Part shown: positions 26,134 through 35,412 of the stretch, one piece after another
Position numbering within the stretch: position 1 is the first letter of the stretch
How the letters are laid out: each line of letters starts with the position of its first letter
Source of the DNA: an uncultured Eubacteriales bacterium
Lineage (GTDB): Bacteria > Bacillota > Clostridia > Oscillospirales > Acutalibacteraceae
Length of the DNA: 64,000 bases
Assembly: GCA_964470515.1 (NCBI GenBank)
Contig: CAYYDD010000002.1
Location: forward strand, 3,764-67,763
Reading direction: 5' to 3'
Position numbers and translations under genes: made by a program
Notes under the pieces: model-generated
Databases searched by the model: none
What the model saw: only the letters and a program-made list of their open reading frames with translations
Told to the model about the DNA's origin: nothing

Positions 26134-27018
26134 ATGTTCGGCTACATTAAAACGTATCAACCGGAACTGAAAATGAGTGAATTTGAGCAATACCGCGGTC
26201 TGTACTGCTCGCTGTGCCGTCGGCTCGGCAAGCGATACGGTCCGTCTGCGCAAATGACCCTCAGCTACGATATGACGTTTTTGCTGCTTCTGTACCTCGC
26301 GTTGGCCGAGGAGTGTCCCGGCCATCACAAAGCCCGCTGTCCGTACAACCCGCTGAAAAAGCGGATGTGTTGCGGCGAGTCCCCGTGGCTGGATCGCTGT
26401 GCCGATGCATCGGTGCTGTTGGTCTACTACAAAACGCAGGACACCATTGCCGACAGTGCGTTTTTCAAACGCCTTGCGGCTCGATTGGCATTGATCCCGG
26501 CCGCACGTCATCGCCGCCGTGCCCTCGGGTACGAGCCGGAGATGGACAAGGCGATGGCCGCATATATCGCGGCCCAGACGGCGGTGGAGCAGGCGCGTAC
26601 GTTCTCAACCGATGCCGCGGCAGAGCCGACGGCGCAGTTGTTGTCGTTTTTATGCACACGGCCCGCCCGCAACGAAAATGAACGCCGTGTTCTGGAGCGT
26701 TTCGGCTACTGCCTCGGCCGCTGGGTGTATTTGATGGACGCGGCAGACGATCTGGAAGGTGACAGCCGCACCGGCAACTACAATCCGTTGCTGGAGGATC
26801 ACCGCGGTGAGCCGATCACACCCGAGCTGCTGGCCGCGTGCCGCGAGCGTGTGCGCTTTGCACTCAATGCCTCGCTGGCGGAATGTAAAGCCGCGTACGA
26901 GCTGTTGGAGATCCGTCGGTACGACGGTATCCTGCGCAACGTTCTGGAATACGGTATGGCCGGTGTACAGCACTCCGTGCTGGACGGCAGTCCCAAAATC
27001 CAAAACTGGGAGGTTTAA
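26134..27018 (+). CDS. DUF5685-like protein of unknown function.
   Basis: N-terminal MFGYIKTYQPELKMSEFEQYRGLYCSLCRRLGKRYG, as remembered for DUF5685. An acidic DAADDLEGD motif is present. Confidence 0.6.
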   Translation: MFGYIKTYQPELKMSEFEQYRGLYCSLCRRLGKRYGPSAQMTLSYDMTFLLLLYLALAEECPGHHKARCPYNPLKKRMCCGESPWLDRCADASVLLVYYKTQDTIADSAFFKRLAARLALIPAARHRRRALGYEPEMDKAMAAYIAAQTAVEQARTFSTDAAAEPTAQLLSFLCTRPARNENERRVLERFGYCLGRWVYLMDAADDLEGDSRTGNYNPLLEDHRGEPITPELLAACRERVRFALNASLAECKAAYELLEIRRYDGILRNVLEYGMAGVQHSVLDGSPKIQNWEV

Positions 27019-27021
27019 ACG

Positions 27022-27615
27022 ATGAAAGATCCTTATCAGATACTCGGTATTGACCGTAACGCGACCGACGACGAGGTGAAAGACGCTTACCGTCAGCTGG
27101 CGCGCAAGTATCATCCCGATAATTACGGCGATAATCCGCTGTCCGATCTCGCGAAGGAAAAAATGCAGGAGATCAACGAGGCATACGATACCATCATCCG
27201 CGAGCGTCGCTCCGGCCATCGGCAGGGGAGTGGCAGCACGTCCTCCGGTAGCTCGCATTATGAGGATATCCGCAATCTGATCCGCACCGGCCGCACGGCC
27301 GACGCGGAGACGTTGCTGGACGGTGTTCCCGCACCCTTGCGCGATGCGGAATGGTATTTCCTCAAGGGCAGTGTTCTCTACAAAAAAGGCTGGCTGGACG
27401 ATGCGTACAGCCATTTCTCCACCGCCACGCGGATGGATCCCGGCAACGCGGAATACCGCGCGGCGCATAACCAGCTGGAGCGTCAGCGCCAGACCGGTGC
27501 GTACCGCACGCACGGCTCCTCCGGCGGTTGCTCGGGCTGTGACGTGTGTCAGGGTCTCATTTGTGCCGACTGTTGCTGTGAATGTATGGGCGGCGACCTG
27601 ATCCGCTGTTGCTAA
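27022..27615 (+). CDS. J-domain protein with TPR-like middle and Cys-rich tail.
   Basis: DPYQILGI...KYHPD J-domain. C-terminus GGCSGCDVCQGLICADCCCECMGGDLIRCC. Confidence 0.8.
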   Translation: MKDPYQILGIDRNATDDEVKDAYRQLARKYHPDNYGDNPLSDLAKEKMQEINEAYDTIIRERRSGHRQGSGSTSSGSSHYEDIRNLIRTGRTADAETLLDGVPAPLRDAEWYFLKGSVLYKKGWLDDAYSHFSTATRMDPGNAEYRAAHNQLERQRQTGAYRTHGSSGGCSGCDVCQGLICADCCCECMGGDLIRCC

Positions 27616-27633
27616 GCAAAGGGGCGTTGGTGT

Positions 27634-28173
27634 ATGAAACGTACGGCACGGATCGCGTGGAGCGGTCTGATGGGCGCGCTGGCGCTGGTGTGCTTGCTGC
27701 TCACGGTGTTCCCCTTTGCCACCTATGCGCTGCCCGCGCTGGCCTCGGTGTTTCTGATGCCGGTGGTCATCGAGTGCGGCAAGCGCTGGGCATTGGCGGT
27801 GTATGCCGCCGTGAGCTTGCTGGCGTTGCTCATCGTATCGGATATGGAGGCGCGGCTGTTGTTCGTGTTCTTCTTCGGGTATTATCCCATCATCAAATCG
27901 TGGGCTGAGCAGCGTCATCGCGCTGTAGAATGGCTGTGTAAGCTGGGGATCTTTAATGCCGCCGTGGTATTGGCCTATACCGTGTTGTCCGCCGTCGGTT
28001 TTTCGCTTGCGGTGTTCAGTATCCCGGGTGTGGCGCTGCCGCTCGGGGTATTTCTCGCGGCGTTTCTGCTGGCGGGTAACGTGATCTTCGTGCTGTACGA
28101 TATCGGCCTGACACGGCTACTCCCGCTGTACTTTTCGCGGCTTCAGCCATTGCTGCGCCGCCTCTTTCGATGA
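27634..28173 (+). CDS. Integral membrane protein (5 TM), function unknown.
   Basis: Hydrophobic profile. Tightly linked to the two preceding genes. Confidence 0.6.
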   Translation: MKRTARIAWSGLMGALALVCLLLTVFPFATYALPALASVFLMPVVIECGKRWALAVYAAVSLLALLIVSDMEARLLFVFFFGYYPIIKSWAEQRHRAVEWLCKLGIFNAAVVLAYTVLSAVGFSLAVFSIPGVALPLGVFLAAFLLAGNVIFVLYDIGLTRLLPLYFSRLQPLLRRLFR

Positions 28174-28237
28174 AAAAGCCCTTGCATTTTCCCTGAAAAT
28201 GCGGTACACTTAACAAACTACCGCCAAGAAGGGTCGG

Positions 28238-29131
28238 ATGACGTTGAAGATCGATCTCATTGCTCATATCACCCGGCAGATGCCGGATTTTTCGAAGGGT
28301 CAGCGGCTCATTGCTGCCTATATTCTGGAGCATTACGATTCCGCCGCGTTTATGACGGCGTACGCCCTCGGCGATGCCGTCGGCGTCAGCGAATCCACCG
28401 TGGTGCGCTTTGCGACGGAGCTGGGCTTCTCCGGCTATCCGCGTCTTCAAAAGGCGATGCAGGAGCTGGTGCGCAGTAAGCTCACGAGTGTGCAACGCGT
28501 GGAGGTCACCCGCGCCCGTATGCGGGACGATGAGGTGCTGGAAAACGTGATGTCCTACGATATGGCCAACATCCGTCAGACCTTAGCGGAGCTTGATCCG
28601 CAGGTGTTTGATGCCTCGGTGGATGCACTGGTACGCGCCCGCCGTGTGTATATTTTCGGTGCGGGCAGCTGCCGCGCACTGGCCAACTTCTTAGCGTATT
28701 ATCTGAAATTACTTCTGCCGGATGTCCGGCTGATCTCCACCTCGGGCGAAACCGAGATTCTGGAGGAGATGTTCCCCATCAGCGTGGAGGATGCCATCAT
28801 CGGTATCACCTTCCCGCGGTATTCGGCACGTGCCGTCAAGGCACTGCACTTTGCTCATTCCCGCGGTGCGCAGGTCATCGCCGTTACTGATAGCCAGCGT
28901 TCACCCATTGCGGATTTTGCTACCTACCTGCTGCTGGCACACAGCGATATGGCCACCATCGTGGATTCGCTGGTCGCGCCGCTCAGTGTCATCAATGCGC
29001 TGACGGTCGCTATCTCGCTCAAGCGGATGGAGGCCAACCGTGCCACACTCACCGAGCTGGAATCGCTGTGGGAGACTTATCAGGTCTACCAGCCCATGGA
29101 AAAGCACATAGCGGAGGCTACCGATGAGTGA
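28238..29131 (+). CDS. MurR/RpiR family transcriptional regulator.
   Basis: N-terminal HTH (VGVSESTVVRFATELGFSGY) plus SIS domain. Confidence 0.85.
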   Translation: MTLKIDLIAHITRQMPDFSKGQRLIAAYILEHYDSAAFMTAYALGDAVGVSESTVVRFATELGFSGYPRLQKAMQELVRSKLTSVQRVEVTRARMRDDEVLENVMSYDMANIRQTLAELDPQVFDASVDALVRARRVYIFGAGSCRALANFLAYYLKLLLPDVRLISTSGETEILEEMFPISVEDAIIGITFPRYSARAVKALHFAHSRGAQVIAVTDSQRSPIADFATYLLLAHSDMATIVDSLVAPLSVINALTVAISLKRMEANRATLTELESLWETYQVYQPMEKHIAEATDE

Positions 29132-30359
29132 GCCGTTACACGTTGTTATTGTCGGCGGCGGCGGCGCCGGACTGATGGCAGCAGGCTGTGCCGCACGGCG
29201 TGGCTTTCGTGTCACGGTGGTCGAGCGTAACGAACGTCCCGCCCGCAAGGTGATGATTACCGGCAAGGGTCGCTGTAATGTCACAAACGACAGCACGCCC
29301 GCCGATTGTGTCGCCAATGTCCCCGGCAACGGTCGGTTTTTGTACAGTGCGTTTTCCGCGTTTTCTCCGCAGGATACGGTGCAGATGTTTACCAAACTCG
29401 GCGTTCCGCTCAAGACTGAACGCGGTCGCCGGGTGTTTCCGCAGTCGGATAAGGCCGTGGACATCGTGGATGCGCTGGTGCGCTATGCCCGCTTCGGCAG
29501 CACACGGTTTATCACGGGTCGCGTTACCCGCTTGCTGATCGAGGACGGCGTGTGCTGCGGCGTTGCTTTGGAGAATGGACAGGAGCTGCCCGCCTACGGT
29601 GTCATCGTGTGCACGGGCGGATGCTCGTATCCGGGCACCGGCTCCACCGGCGACGGCTATGAGCTTGCCCGTCAGGCGGGGCACACCATCATTCCGCCGC
29701 GTCCGTCGCTGGTGCCTCTGGAGATCAGCGAGCCGTGCTGTGCAGATATGCAGGGTCTCTCTCTGCGGAACTGTTCATTGTCTGTCACCGATACCGTTAC
29801 CGGCAAACCGGTGTTTGAGGAATTTGGTGAGATGCTGTTTACACACTTCGGCGTATCCGGCCCGCTGGTGCTCAGTGCCAGTGCCCATCTGCGCGATATG
29901 GTGCCCGGTCGCTATCGACTGTCTGTCGATCTCAAGCCCGCGCTTACGCCCGAGCAGGTGGATGCGCGGCTGGTGCGTGAGTCGGAGGAAAAGCCCAACG
30001 CGTGCGTCGGCAATATGCTGGCAGCGTTGCTACCGAGGTCGCTCATTGCTCCCGTGCTGCGGGCGGCGCAGGTGGCGGGGGAGACCAAGTGTCATTCCGT
30101 GCCCCGCGAGGCGCGGCAGCGGCTCGGTGCGGCGCTCAAGGGCTTCCCGCTGACTGTGCAGGGCTTTCGCCCTATTGCTGAGGCGATCGTCACGGCGGGT
30201 GGGGTCAGCACCAAGGAGCTGAACAGCAAAACGATGGCTTCGCGCTTGGTCAGCGGGCTGTCGTTCGCCGGGGAGGTCATCGACGTGGATGCGTATACCG
30301 GTGGCTTCAATCTTCAAATCGCCTTTTCCACCGGCGTGGCCGCGGGGAATTATATTTAA
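29124..30359 (+). CDS. HI0933/BaiN-like FAD-dependent oxidoreductase.
   Basis: VVIVGGGGAGLMAA dinucleotide fold, GRCNVTN, C-terminal FAGEVIDVDAYTGGFNLQ. Confidence 0.8.
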   Translation: MSEPLHVVIVGGGGAGLMAAGCAARRGFRVTVVERNERPARKVMITGKGRCNVTNDSTPADCVANVPGNGRFLYSAFSAFSPQDTVQMFTKLGVPLKTERGRRVFPQSDKAVDIVDALVRYARFGSTRFITGRVTRLLIEDGVCCGVALENGQELPAYGVIVCTGGCSYPGTGSTGDGYELARQAGHTIIPPRPSLVPLEISEPCCADMQGLSLRNCSLSVTDTVTGKPVFEEFGEMLFTHFGVSGPLVLSASAHLRDMVPGRYRLSVDLKPALTPEQVDARLVRESEEKPNACVGNMLAALLPRSLIAPVLRAAQVAGETKCHSVPREARQRLGAALKGFPLTVQGFRPIAEAIVTAGGVSTKELNSKTMASRLVSGLSFAGEVIDVDAYTGGFNLQIAFSTGVAAGNYI

Positions 30360-30630
30360 CCGCAACTGACGCATTCAAGCCCGCCTAAAACGGCGGATTT
30401 GTGGCGCTTTGTGGCTTGTTATCATCGCAAGGCGGGCGCCTTGTTTCTTCTGCCGCACCCCAAATCATCCCCCAATCCGTCCGTTTATAGGTCGGAGAAT
30501 TTACTTTGAGGGAACTGGTGTGGGTGCAAGAGCAAACACAGTAAATCCTTTTGGATTTACGAGTATTTTAGGGCAACAGACGTAGCGTTTTCCCAAAGTA
30601 AATCGGGTTAGAATGCGTCAGTTGTGGTTA
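30357..30630. repeat. 274-bp element bounded by 20-nt inverted repeats (19/20). MITE-like, inverton-like or a structured RNA.
   Basis: taaccGcaactgacgcattc (30357-76) pairs with gaatgcgtcagttgTggtta (30611-30). Pairing extends through agcccg/cgggtt. Internal complementary pair atttactttgaggg/cccaaagtaaat, and hairpin gtaaatcc-tttt-ggatttac. Confidence 0.7.
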
Positions 30631-30644
30631 GAGGATGTTGACTT

Positions 30645-31325
30645 ATGATGAACACGACCGTAGCTGTAGCCATTGACGGGCCGTCCGGTGCCGGGAAGAG
30701 CACCATTGCCCGTATTCTGGCGACCGATCTGGGCTTTGTGTATGTCGATACCGGTGCTTTGTACCGCGCTGTTGGTCTGGCGATGCTGAGCCGCGGCATC
30801 GACCCGCACGACGAAGCCGCCGTTACGCCGCTGCTGTCGGAGTTGCAGGTGTCGCTCGGCTACGTTGACGGTGCCCAGCGCGTGTTTTTAAACGGCGAGG
30901 ATGTCAGTGACCGCATCCGCACCCCCGAGGTGTCGATGGCGGCCTCTGCCGTGTCGGCGTTGCCGCCGGTGCGTCGGTTCCTGTTCGATCTGCAGCAGGA
31001 TACCGCCCGCCGTCAGAACGTCATTATGGATGGTCGCGATATCGGCACCGTCGTGTTGCCGTTTGCCAAGGTTAAGGTGTTTCTTACCGCTTCGGCCGAG
31101 GATCGGGCACAGCGTCGCTTTGAGGAATTACAGCAAAAGGGCGTTGCCACCACCTATGACGAGGTGCTCCGCGATATGAAGGAGCGCGATCACAACGATT
31201 CCCACCGCGTTGCGGCACCGCTGCGTCCTGCGGAGGATGCCGTGCTGGTGGATACCAGCGGCAACACGCTGGAGCAGTCGGTGGCACTGCTCAAAGCACT
31301 GGTCAAAGAACGTCTGAAAGGATGA
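30645..31325 (+). CDS. cmk: Cytidylate kinase.
   Basis: IAIDGPSGAGKST P-loop and DGRDIGTVV. Confidence 0.9.
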   Translation: MMNTTVAVAIDGPSGAGKSTIARILATDLGFVYVDTGALYRAVGLAMLSRGIDPHDEAAVTPLLSELQVSLGYVDGAQRVFLNGEDVSDRIRTPEVSMAASAVSALPPVRRFLFDLQQDTARRQNVIMDGRDIGTVVLPFAKVKVFLTASAEDRAQRRFEELQQKGVATTYDEVLRDMKERDHNDSHRVAAPLRPAEDAVLVDTSGNTLEQSVALLKALVKERLKG

Positions 31326-31954
31326 CGGAGCGTATGTGGTTGGGTCGATTCCTGGTGTATCTGCTGACACCGCCGGTGCGTGCACTGATGCGTGTCAGGA
31401 TCATCGGTAAAGAGAATATACCGCCCGTGGGCGAAAAACTCGTGCTGTGCTGCAATCATATCTCCAACTGGGATCCCGTAGTGCTGGAGGTCGCGCAGCC
31501 TACACGGCACATCTATTTTATGGCGAAAGCCGAGCTGTTTAGCAACCGTCTGTTTGCGTGGTTTCTGGGCAAGCAGATCGGTGCGTTTGCCGTCCACCGC
31601 GGCACCGGGGATACCGACGCACTGGCTACCGCCAAGCAACTGGTGGAGGACGGAAAAATTATGGGTATCTTCCCGGAAGGCACCCGTTCGAAGGATGGTA
31701 AGCTGATGCGTGCCAAATCCGGCACCGCGCTCATCGTGGCGCAGACCAGGGCTACCGTATTGCCGGTAGCGATCGTGGGGCGCGGCCAGCGTCTGCGGCC
31801 GTTGCGCCGTACGCTGGTGGTCTACGGCAAGCCTGTCTCGCCGACCGAGCTGCATCTTGATGGGGAAAAGCCGGATATTCGGTATGCCTCCCGTCGGCTG
31901 ATGGAGATCATCGGCGAGCTTATTGAGCAACACCGCGCGGAGGTGGAGCGATGA
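31322..31954 (+). CDS. plsC: 1-acyl-sn-glycerol-3-phosphate acyltransferase.
   Basis: NHISNWD (HX4D) and FPEGTRS motifs. ATGA overlap with cmk. Confidence 0.8.
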   Translation: MTERMWLGRFLVYLLTPPVRALMRVRIIGKENIPPVGEKLVLCCNHISNWDPVVLEVAQPTRHIYFMAKAELFSNRLFAWFLGKQIGAFAVHRGTGDTDALATAKQLVEDGKIMGIFPEGTRSKDGKLMRAKSGTALIVAQTRATVLPVAIVGRGQRLRPLRRTLVVYGKPVSPTELHLDGEKPDIRYASRRLMEIIGELIEQHRAEVER

Positions 31955-33996
31955 CGATCCGAGTTGCGGAATCCGCCGGCTTCTGCTTCGGTGTGAAGCG
32001 GGCGGTGGATGCGGTGTACGAGCTGTTGGACAGCGGTAAGACCGTCTGTACACTCGGTCCTATTATCCACAATCCGCAAATGGTGGAGCAGCTCTCGCAG
32101 CGCGGAGTCCGTATCGTGGACGATGTATCGCAGGTGCCGCCGGGCGCCACGCTGGTCATTCGTTCCCACGGTGTGCCCGAACGTGTATATCAGGCGTTGG
32201 AAAACGCCGGTATTGAGTATCACGATGCCACCTGCCCGTTTGTTGCGAAGATCCATCGCATCGTGGCCGAGCAGTCGGCCAAGGGAGCGTCGGTGCTGAT
32301 AGCGGGAGATAAGGATCACCCCGAGGTTATCGGTATCCGCGGTCATCTGCACGGGTCGTCGTATGTGTTTTCCACCGAGCAGGAGCTGCGGGAACTCATC
32401 GAACGGGGCGTTCCTGCCGCCGATGAGCCGCTGATTTTGGTGGCGCAGACGACTTTTCACACAGATATCTGGAAAAAATGTTCGGAAATCTCAAAAAAAC
32501 ACTATACAAATCTTCAAATCTTTGATACAATATGTAACGCAACTGCGCGTCGGCAGGCGGAAGCAGTTGCCCTGTCACGGGAAAGTGATGTTATGGTTAT
32601 TGTCGGTGGACGCCAGAGCTCCAATACCGCGAAGCTTCGGGATGTCTGTCAGCAAGGCTGCTGTACGGTGCTTATCGAAACGGCTGCCGAGCTTACGGCG
32701 GAACAATTCTCCGGTGCTCGTGCCGTTGGGATCACCGCAGGAGCGTCTACGCCCGCCGATATTATAAAGGAGGTACTTTCTACTATGTCCGAGATCGTCA
32801 ACAACAGCGAAGTCAAAGAAACCGAGGTGGCGGAGGCTACCGAAACTGTCAAATCCTTTGACGAAATGAGTTTTGAGGAGGCACTGGAAGCTTCTCTTCA
32901 AAGTTTAACTACAGACGAAAGAGTGCGCGGCATCGTCATTGCCATTGCTCCCAATGAGGTGCAGGTAGAGGTCATCGGCCGCAAGCAGACGGGCTACATC
33001 CCGGCTGACGAGCTGTCCGCCGAGGGCACCGATCCCGCGAAGCTGGTCAACATCGGCGATGAGCTGGAGCTGCTCATTATGCGTACCAACGATCAGGAAG
33101 GCACCATTATGCTGTCCAAGAAGCGCGTGGATGCCAAGAAGGGCTGGGATACCATCGTCGCCGCCGGTGAGAGCGGTGAGATTCTCGAGGGTGTCGTGAC
33201 CGACATCATCAAGGGCGGTATGCTGGTCGTGTCTCACGGTGTCAAGGTGTTCGTGCCTGCCTCCCACGCGTCGCTCGCGCGTATGGAGGATCTCAGCCCC
33301 CTGCTGAAGACCACCGTTCGCTTCAAGATTCTGGAGACCAATCAGGCCCGCCGCCGCGCTGTCGGCTCGGTGCGTGAGGTCGCCCGTGCGGAGCGCAAGG
33401 AAAAGGAAGTGGCGTTCTTCGCTCAGGCGGAGGTCGGCCAGAAGTACACCGGCACGGTACGCTCGCTGACCTCTTACGGCGCGTTCGTCGATCTGGGCGG
33501 TGTGGATGGTATGGTCCACGTGTCCGAGCTGTCTTGGAAGCGCATCAAGCATCCCTCTGAGGTCGTCAACGTCGGCGACGTCGTCGAGGTGTACATCCGC
33601 GATCTGGACGTTGAGAAGCGCAAGATCTCGCTGGGCTACCGCCGTGCGGAGGATAATCCGTTTGAGATTTTCAAGAGTCAGTATGCCGAGGGCGACGTCG
33701 TCACCGCCAAGATCGTGGGTATGACCACGTTCGGTGCTTTCGCCCAGATCCTGCCCAGCGTGGATGGTCTCATCCATATTTCGCAGATCGCCAACCGCCG
33801 TATCGACAAGCCGCAGGATGCGCTGAAGGTCGGCGAAGAGGTGCAGGTCAAGATCACCGGCATCGACGTGGAGCACAAGCGCATCAGCCTGTCCATCCGT
33901 GCCCTGCTGGAGGACGCTCCCGCTACAGAGACTGCTCCCGAAGCCGCTGACGAGGCTGTTGAGGAAGTTGCCGACGATAAGGCCGACGAGGAGTAA
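31951..33996 (+). CDS. ispH: Bifunctional 4-hydroxy-3-methylbut-2-enyl diphosphate reductase / ribosomal protein S1 fusion.
   Basis: N-terminal LytB ([18 protein letters not shown]), followed by four S1 repeats (Gx[14 protein letters not shown]). Confidence 0.9.
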   Translation: MTIRVAESAGFCFGVKRAVDAVYELLDSGKTVCTLGPIIHNPQMVEQLSQRGVRIVDDVSQVPPGATLVIRSHGVPERVYQALENAGIEYHDATCPFVAKIHRIVAEQSAKGASVLIAGDKDHPEVIGIRGHLHGSSYVFSTEQELRELIERGVPAADEPLILVAQTTFHTDIWKKCSEISKKHYTNLQIFDTICNATARRQAEAVALSRESDVMVIVGGRQSSNTAKLRDVCQQGCCTVLIETAAELTAEQFSGARAVGITAGASTPADIIKEVLSTMSEIVNNSEVKETEVAEATETVKSFDEMSFEEALEASLQSLTTDERVRGIVIAIAPNEVQVEVIGRKQTGYIPADELSAEGTDPAKLVNIGDELELLIMRTNDQEGTIMLSKKRVDAKKGWDTIVAAGESGEILEGVVTDIIKGGMLVVSHGVKVFVPASHASLARMEDLSPLLKTTVRFKILETNQARRRAVGSVREVARAERKEKEVAFFAQAEVGQKYTGTVRSLTSYGAFVDLGGVDGMVHVSELSWKRIKHPSEVVNVGDVVEVYIRDLDVEKRKISLGYRRAEDNPFEIFKSQYAEGDVVTAKIVGMTTFGAFAQILPSVDGLIHISQIANRRIDKPQDALKVGEEVQVKITGIDVEHKRISLSIRALLEDAPATETAPEAADEAVEEVADDKADEE

Positions 33997-34010
33997 GCAT
34001 CAAAACAAAA

Positions 34011-34040
34011 AAGGAAACGGGTCTCCCGTTTCCTTTTTTT
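34011..34040 (+). terminator. Rho-independent terminator.
   Basis: aaggaaacggg-tctc-ccgtttcctt followed by ttttt. Confidence 0.85.
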
Positions 34041-34066
34041 GAAACAACGATTGAGGAGGAACTGTA

Positions 34067-34513
34067 ATGATCGCTATTGCTTGTGACCACGCCGGCCCCG
34101 CTTTGAAGGAAGAGATCAAGGGTCTGCTTACCGAAATGGGCTATACCTACCGTGACTTCGGCACCGACACGTCGGACAGCGTGGATTATCCCGTCTACGC
34201 ATCCCGCGCGGCTCGAGCCGTTGCCTGCGGCGAATGTGAAAAGGGCATCGTTATTTGCGGTACCGGCATCGGTATCAGCATTTCCGCCAACAAGGTCAAG
34301 GGCATCCGCTGTGCACTGTGCAGTGAGCCGTTGTCCGCCAAGCTTACCCGCCAGCACAACGATGCCAATATGGTGGCCATCGGTGCCCGCGTGACCGGCG
34401 GCGAGTTGGCGAAGGCGATCGTTCGTGCGTTCCTTACCACCGAGTTTGAGGGCGGCCGCCATCAGCGTCGCGTTGATCTGATAACAGCGGTGGAAAACGG
34501 TGAGGTGCTCTGA
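34067..34513 (+). CDS. rpiB: Ribose-5-phosphate isomerase B.
   Basis: MIAIACDHAG and ICGTGIGISISANK motifs. Confidence 0.9.
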   Translation: MIAIACDHAGPALKEEIKGLLTEMGYTYRDFGTDTSDSVDYPVYASRAARAVACGECEKGIVICGTGIGISISANKVKGIRCALCSEPLSAKLTRQHNDANMVAIGARVTGGELAKAIVRAFLTTEFEGGRHQRRVDLITAVENGEVL

Positions 34514-34514
34514 T

Positions 34515-35171
34515 ATGCGTAGTACGTCTGTTGCCGCGCTGGAGAGCGTGGCTGCGGCACTGCGCCGTAACAATATGTATGCTGTGTGCGTCGGCACTGC
34601 CGCTGAGGTGGTGCCGGTACTGCGCACTATCCTGAAGCCGGGGGACACCGTGGCCGTCGGAGGCTCGCGTACGCTGGAGGAGACTGGGGTGTTGCCTCTG
34701 CTGCGCGACGGCGACTATCGGTTCCTGGATCGGTACGCACCGGGTCTGACCCCGGAGCAGATCCGTGAGGTGTTTGTGGCCAGCCTCGGTGCCGACGTAT
34801 ATCTGTGCTCGGCCAACGCCGTCACCGAACAGGGCGAGATATACTGCGTGGACGGCAACGCCAACCGTATTGCCGCGCTGTGCTACGGTCCGCGTACGGT
34901 AGTGCTGGTGGTCGGCTGCAACAAGCTCGTTCCGGATATCGCGGCGGCACAGTATCGTGTCAAGACCGTGGCGGCCCCCCGCAACACTGCCCGCTTGAAC
35001 TGTGCTACCCCGTGCGCCGCGACCGGCATCTGCTGCAAGGCGGACAGCCCCGTGGCCACCGACGGTTGCTCCTCTGCGGCCCGCATCTGCTGCTCGTATC
35101 TCGCGCTGGGATACCAGCGCATACCCGACCGAATCAAGGTGATTTTGGTGAACGAGCCGCTTGGCTTTTAA
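34515..35171 (+). CDS. LUD-domain (lactate utilization C-like) protein.
   Basis: GGSRTLEETGV and NAVTEQGEIY..DGNANR motifs. Start at MRSTSV with an RBS. Confidence 0.6.
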   Translation: MRSTSVAALESVAAALRRNNMYAVCVGTAAEVVPVLRTILKPGDTVAVGGSRTLEETGVLPLLRDGDYRFLDRYAPGLTPEQIREVFVASLGADVYLCSANAVTEQGEIYCVDGNANRIAALCYGPRTVVLVVGCNKLVPDIAAAQYRVKTVAAPRNTARLNCATPCAATGICCKADSPVATDGCSSAARICCSYLALGYQRIPDRIKVILVNEPLGF

Positions 35172-35412
35172 GCTGACAAAAATTCACAATTTTTGTCGGT
35201 GGCAAAACCTTTCGCGTTTAAAGCCGAAAACAGCGCCTATACTATATGTAGTGGTTTGGATGAAAAAATTCCGCTTTTTTACAGAAAATGTTTGATTTTT
35301 CTAAAAACTATGGTATACTGGTTTGTGGAGTATAACAAGGGGTCGTTCTGTCCCTTGATAACAGCCATCCTACATAGCGAACTTTCAATCAAGCTTGCGG
35401 GGAGTGGGTAGT

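Noticed and set aside
30357-30630. The inverted-repeat element as 6S RNA, SRP RNA, tmRNA or RNase P RNA.
   Set aside because: It lacks the conserved motifs I know, such as the SRP GGAA tetraloop region or the tmRNA tag. It is too long for 6S, and I cannot define the expected central bubble. It is kept as an unclassified element.
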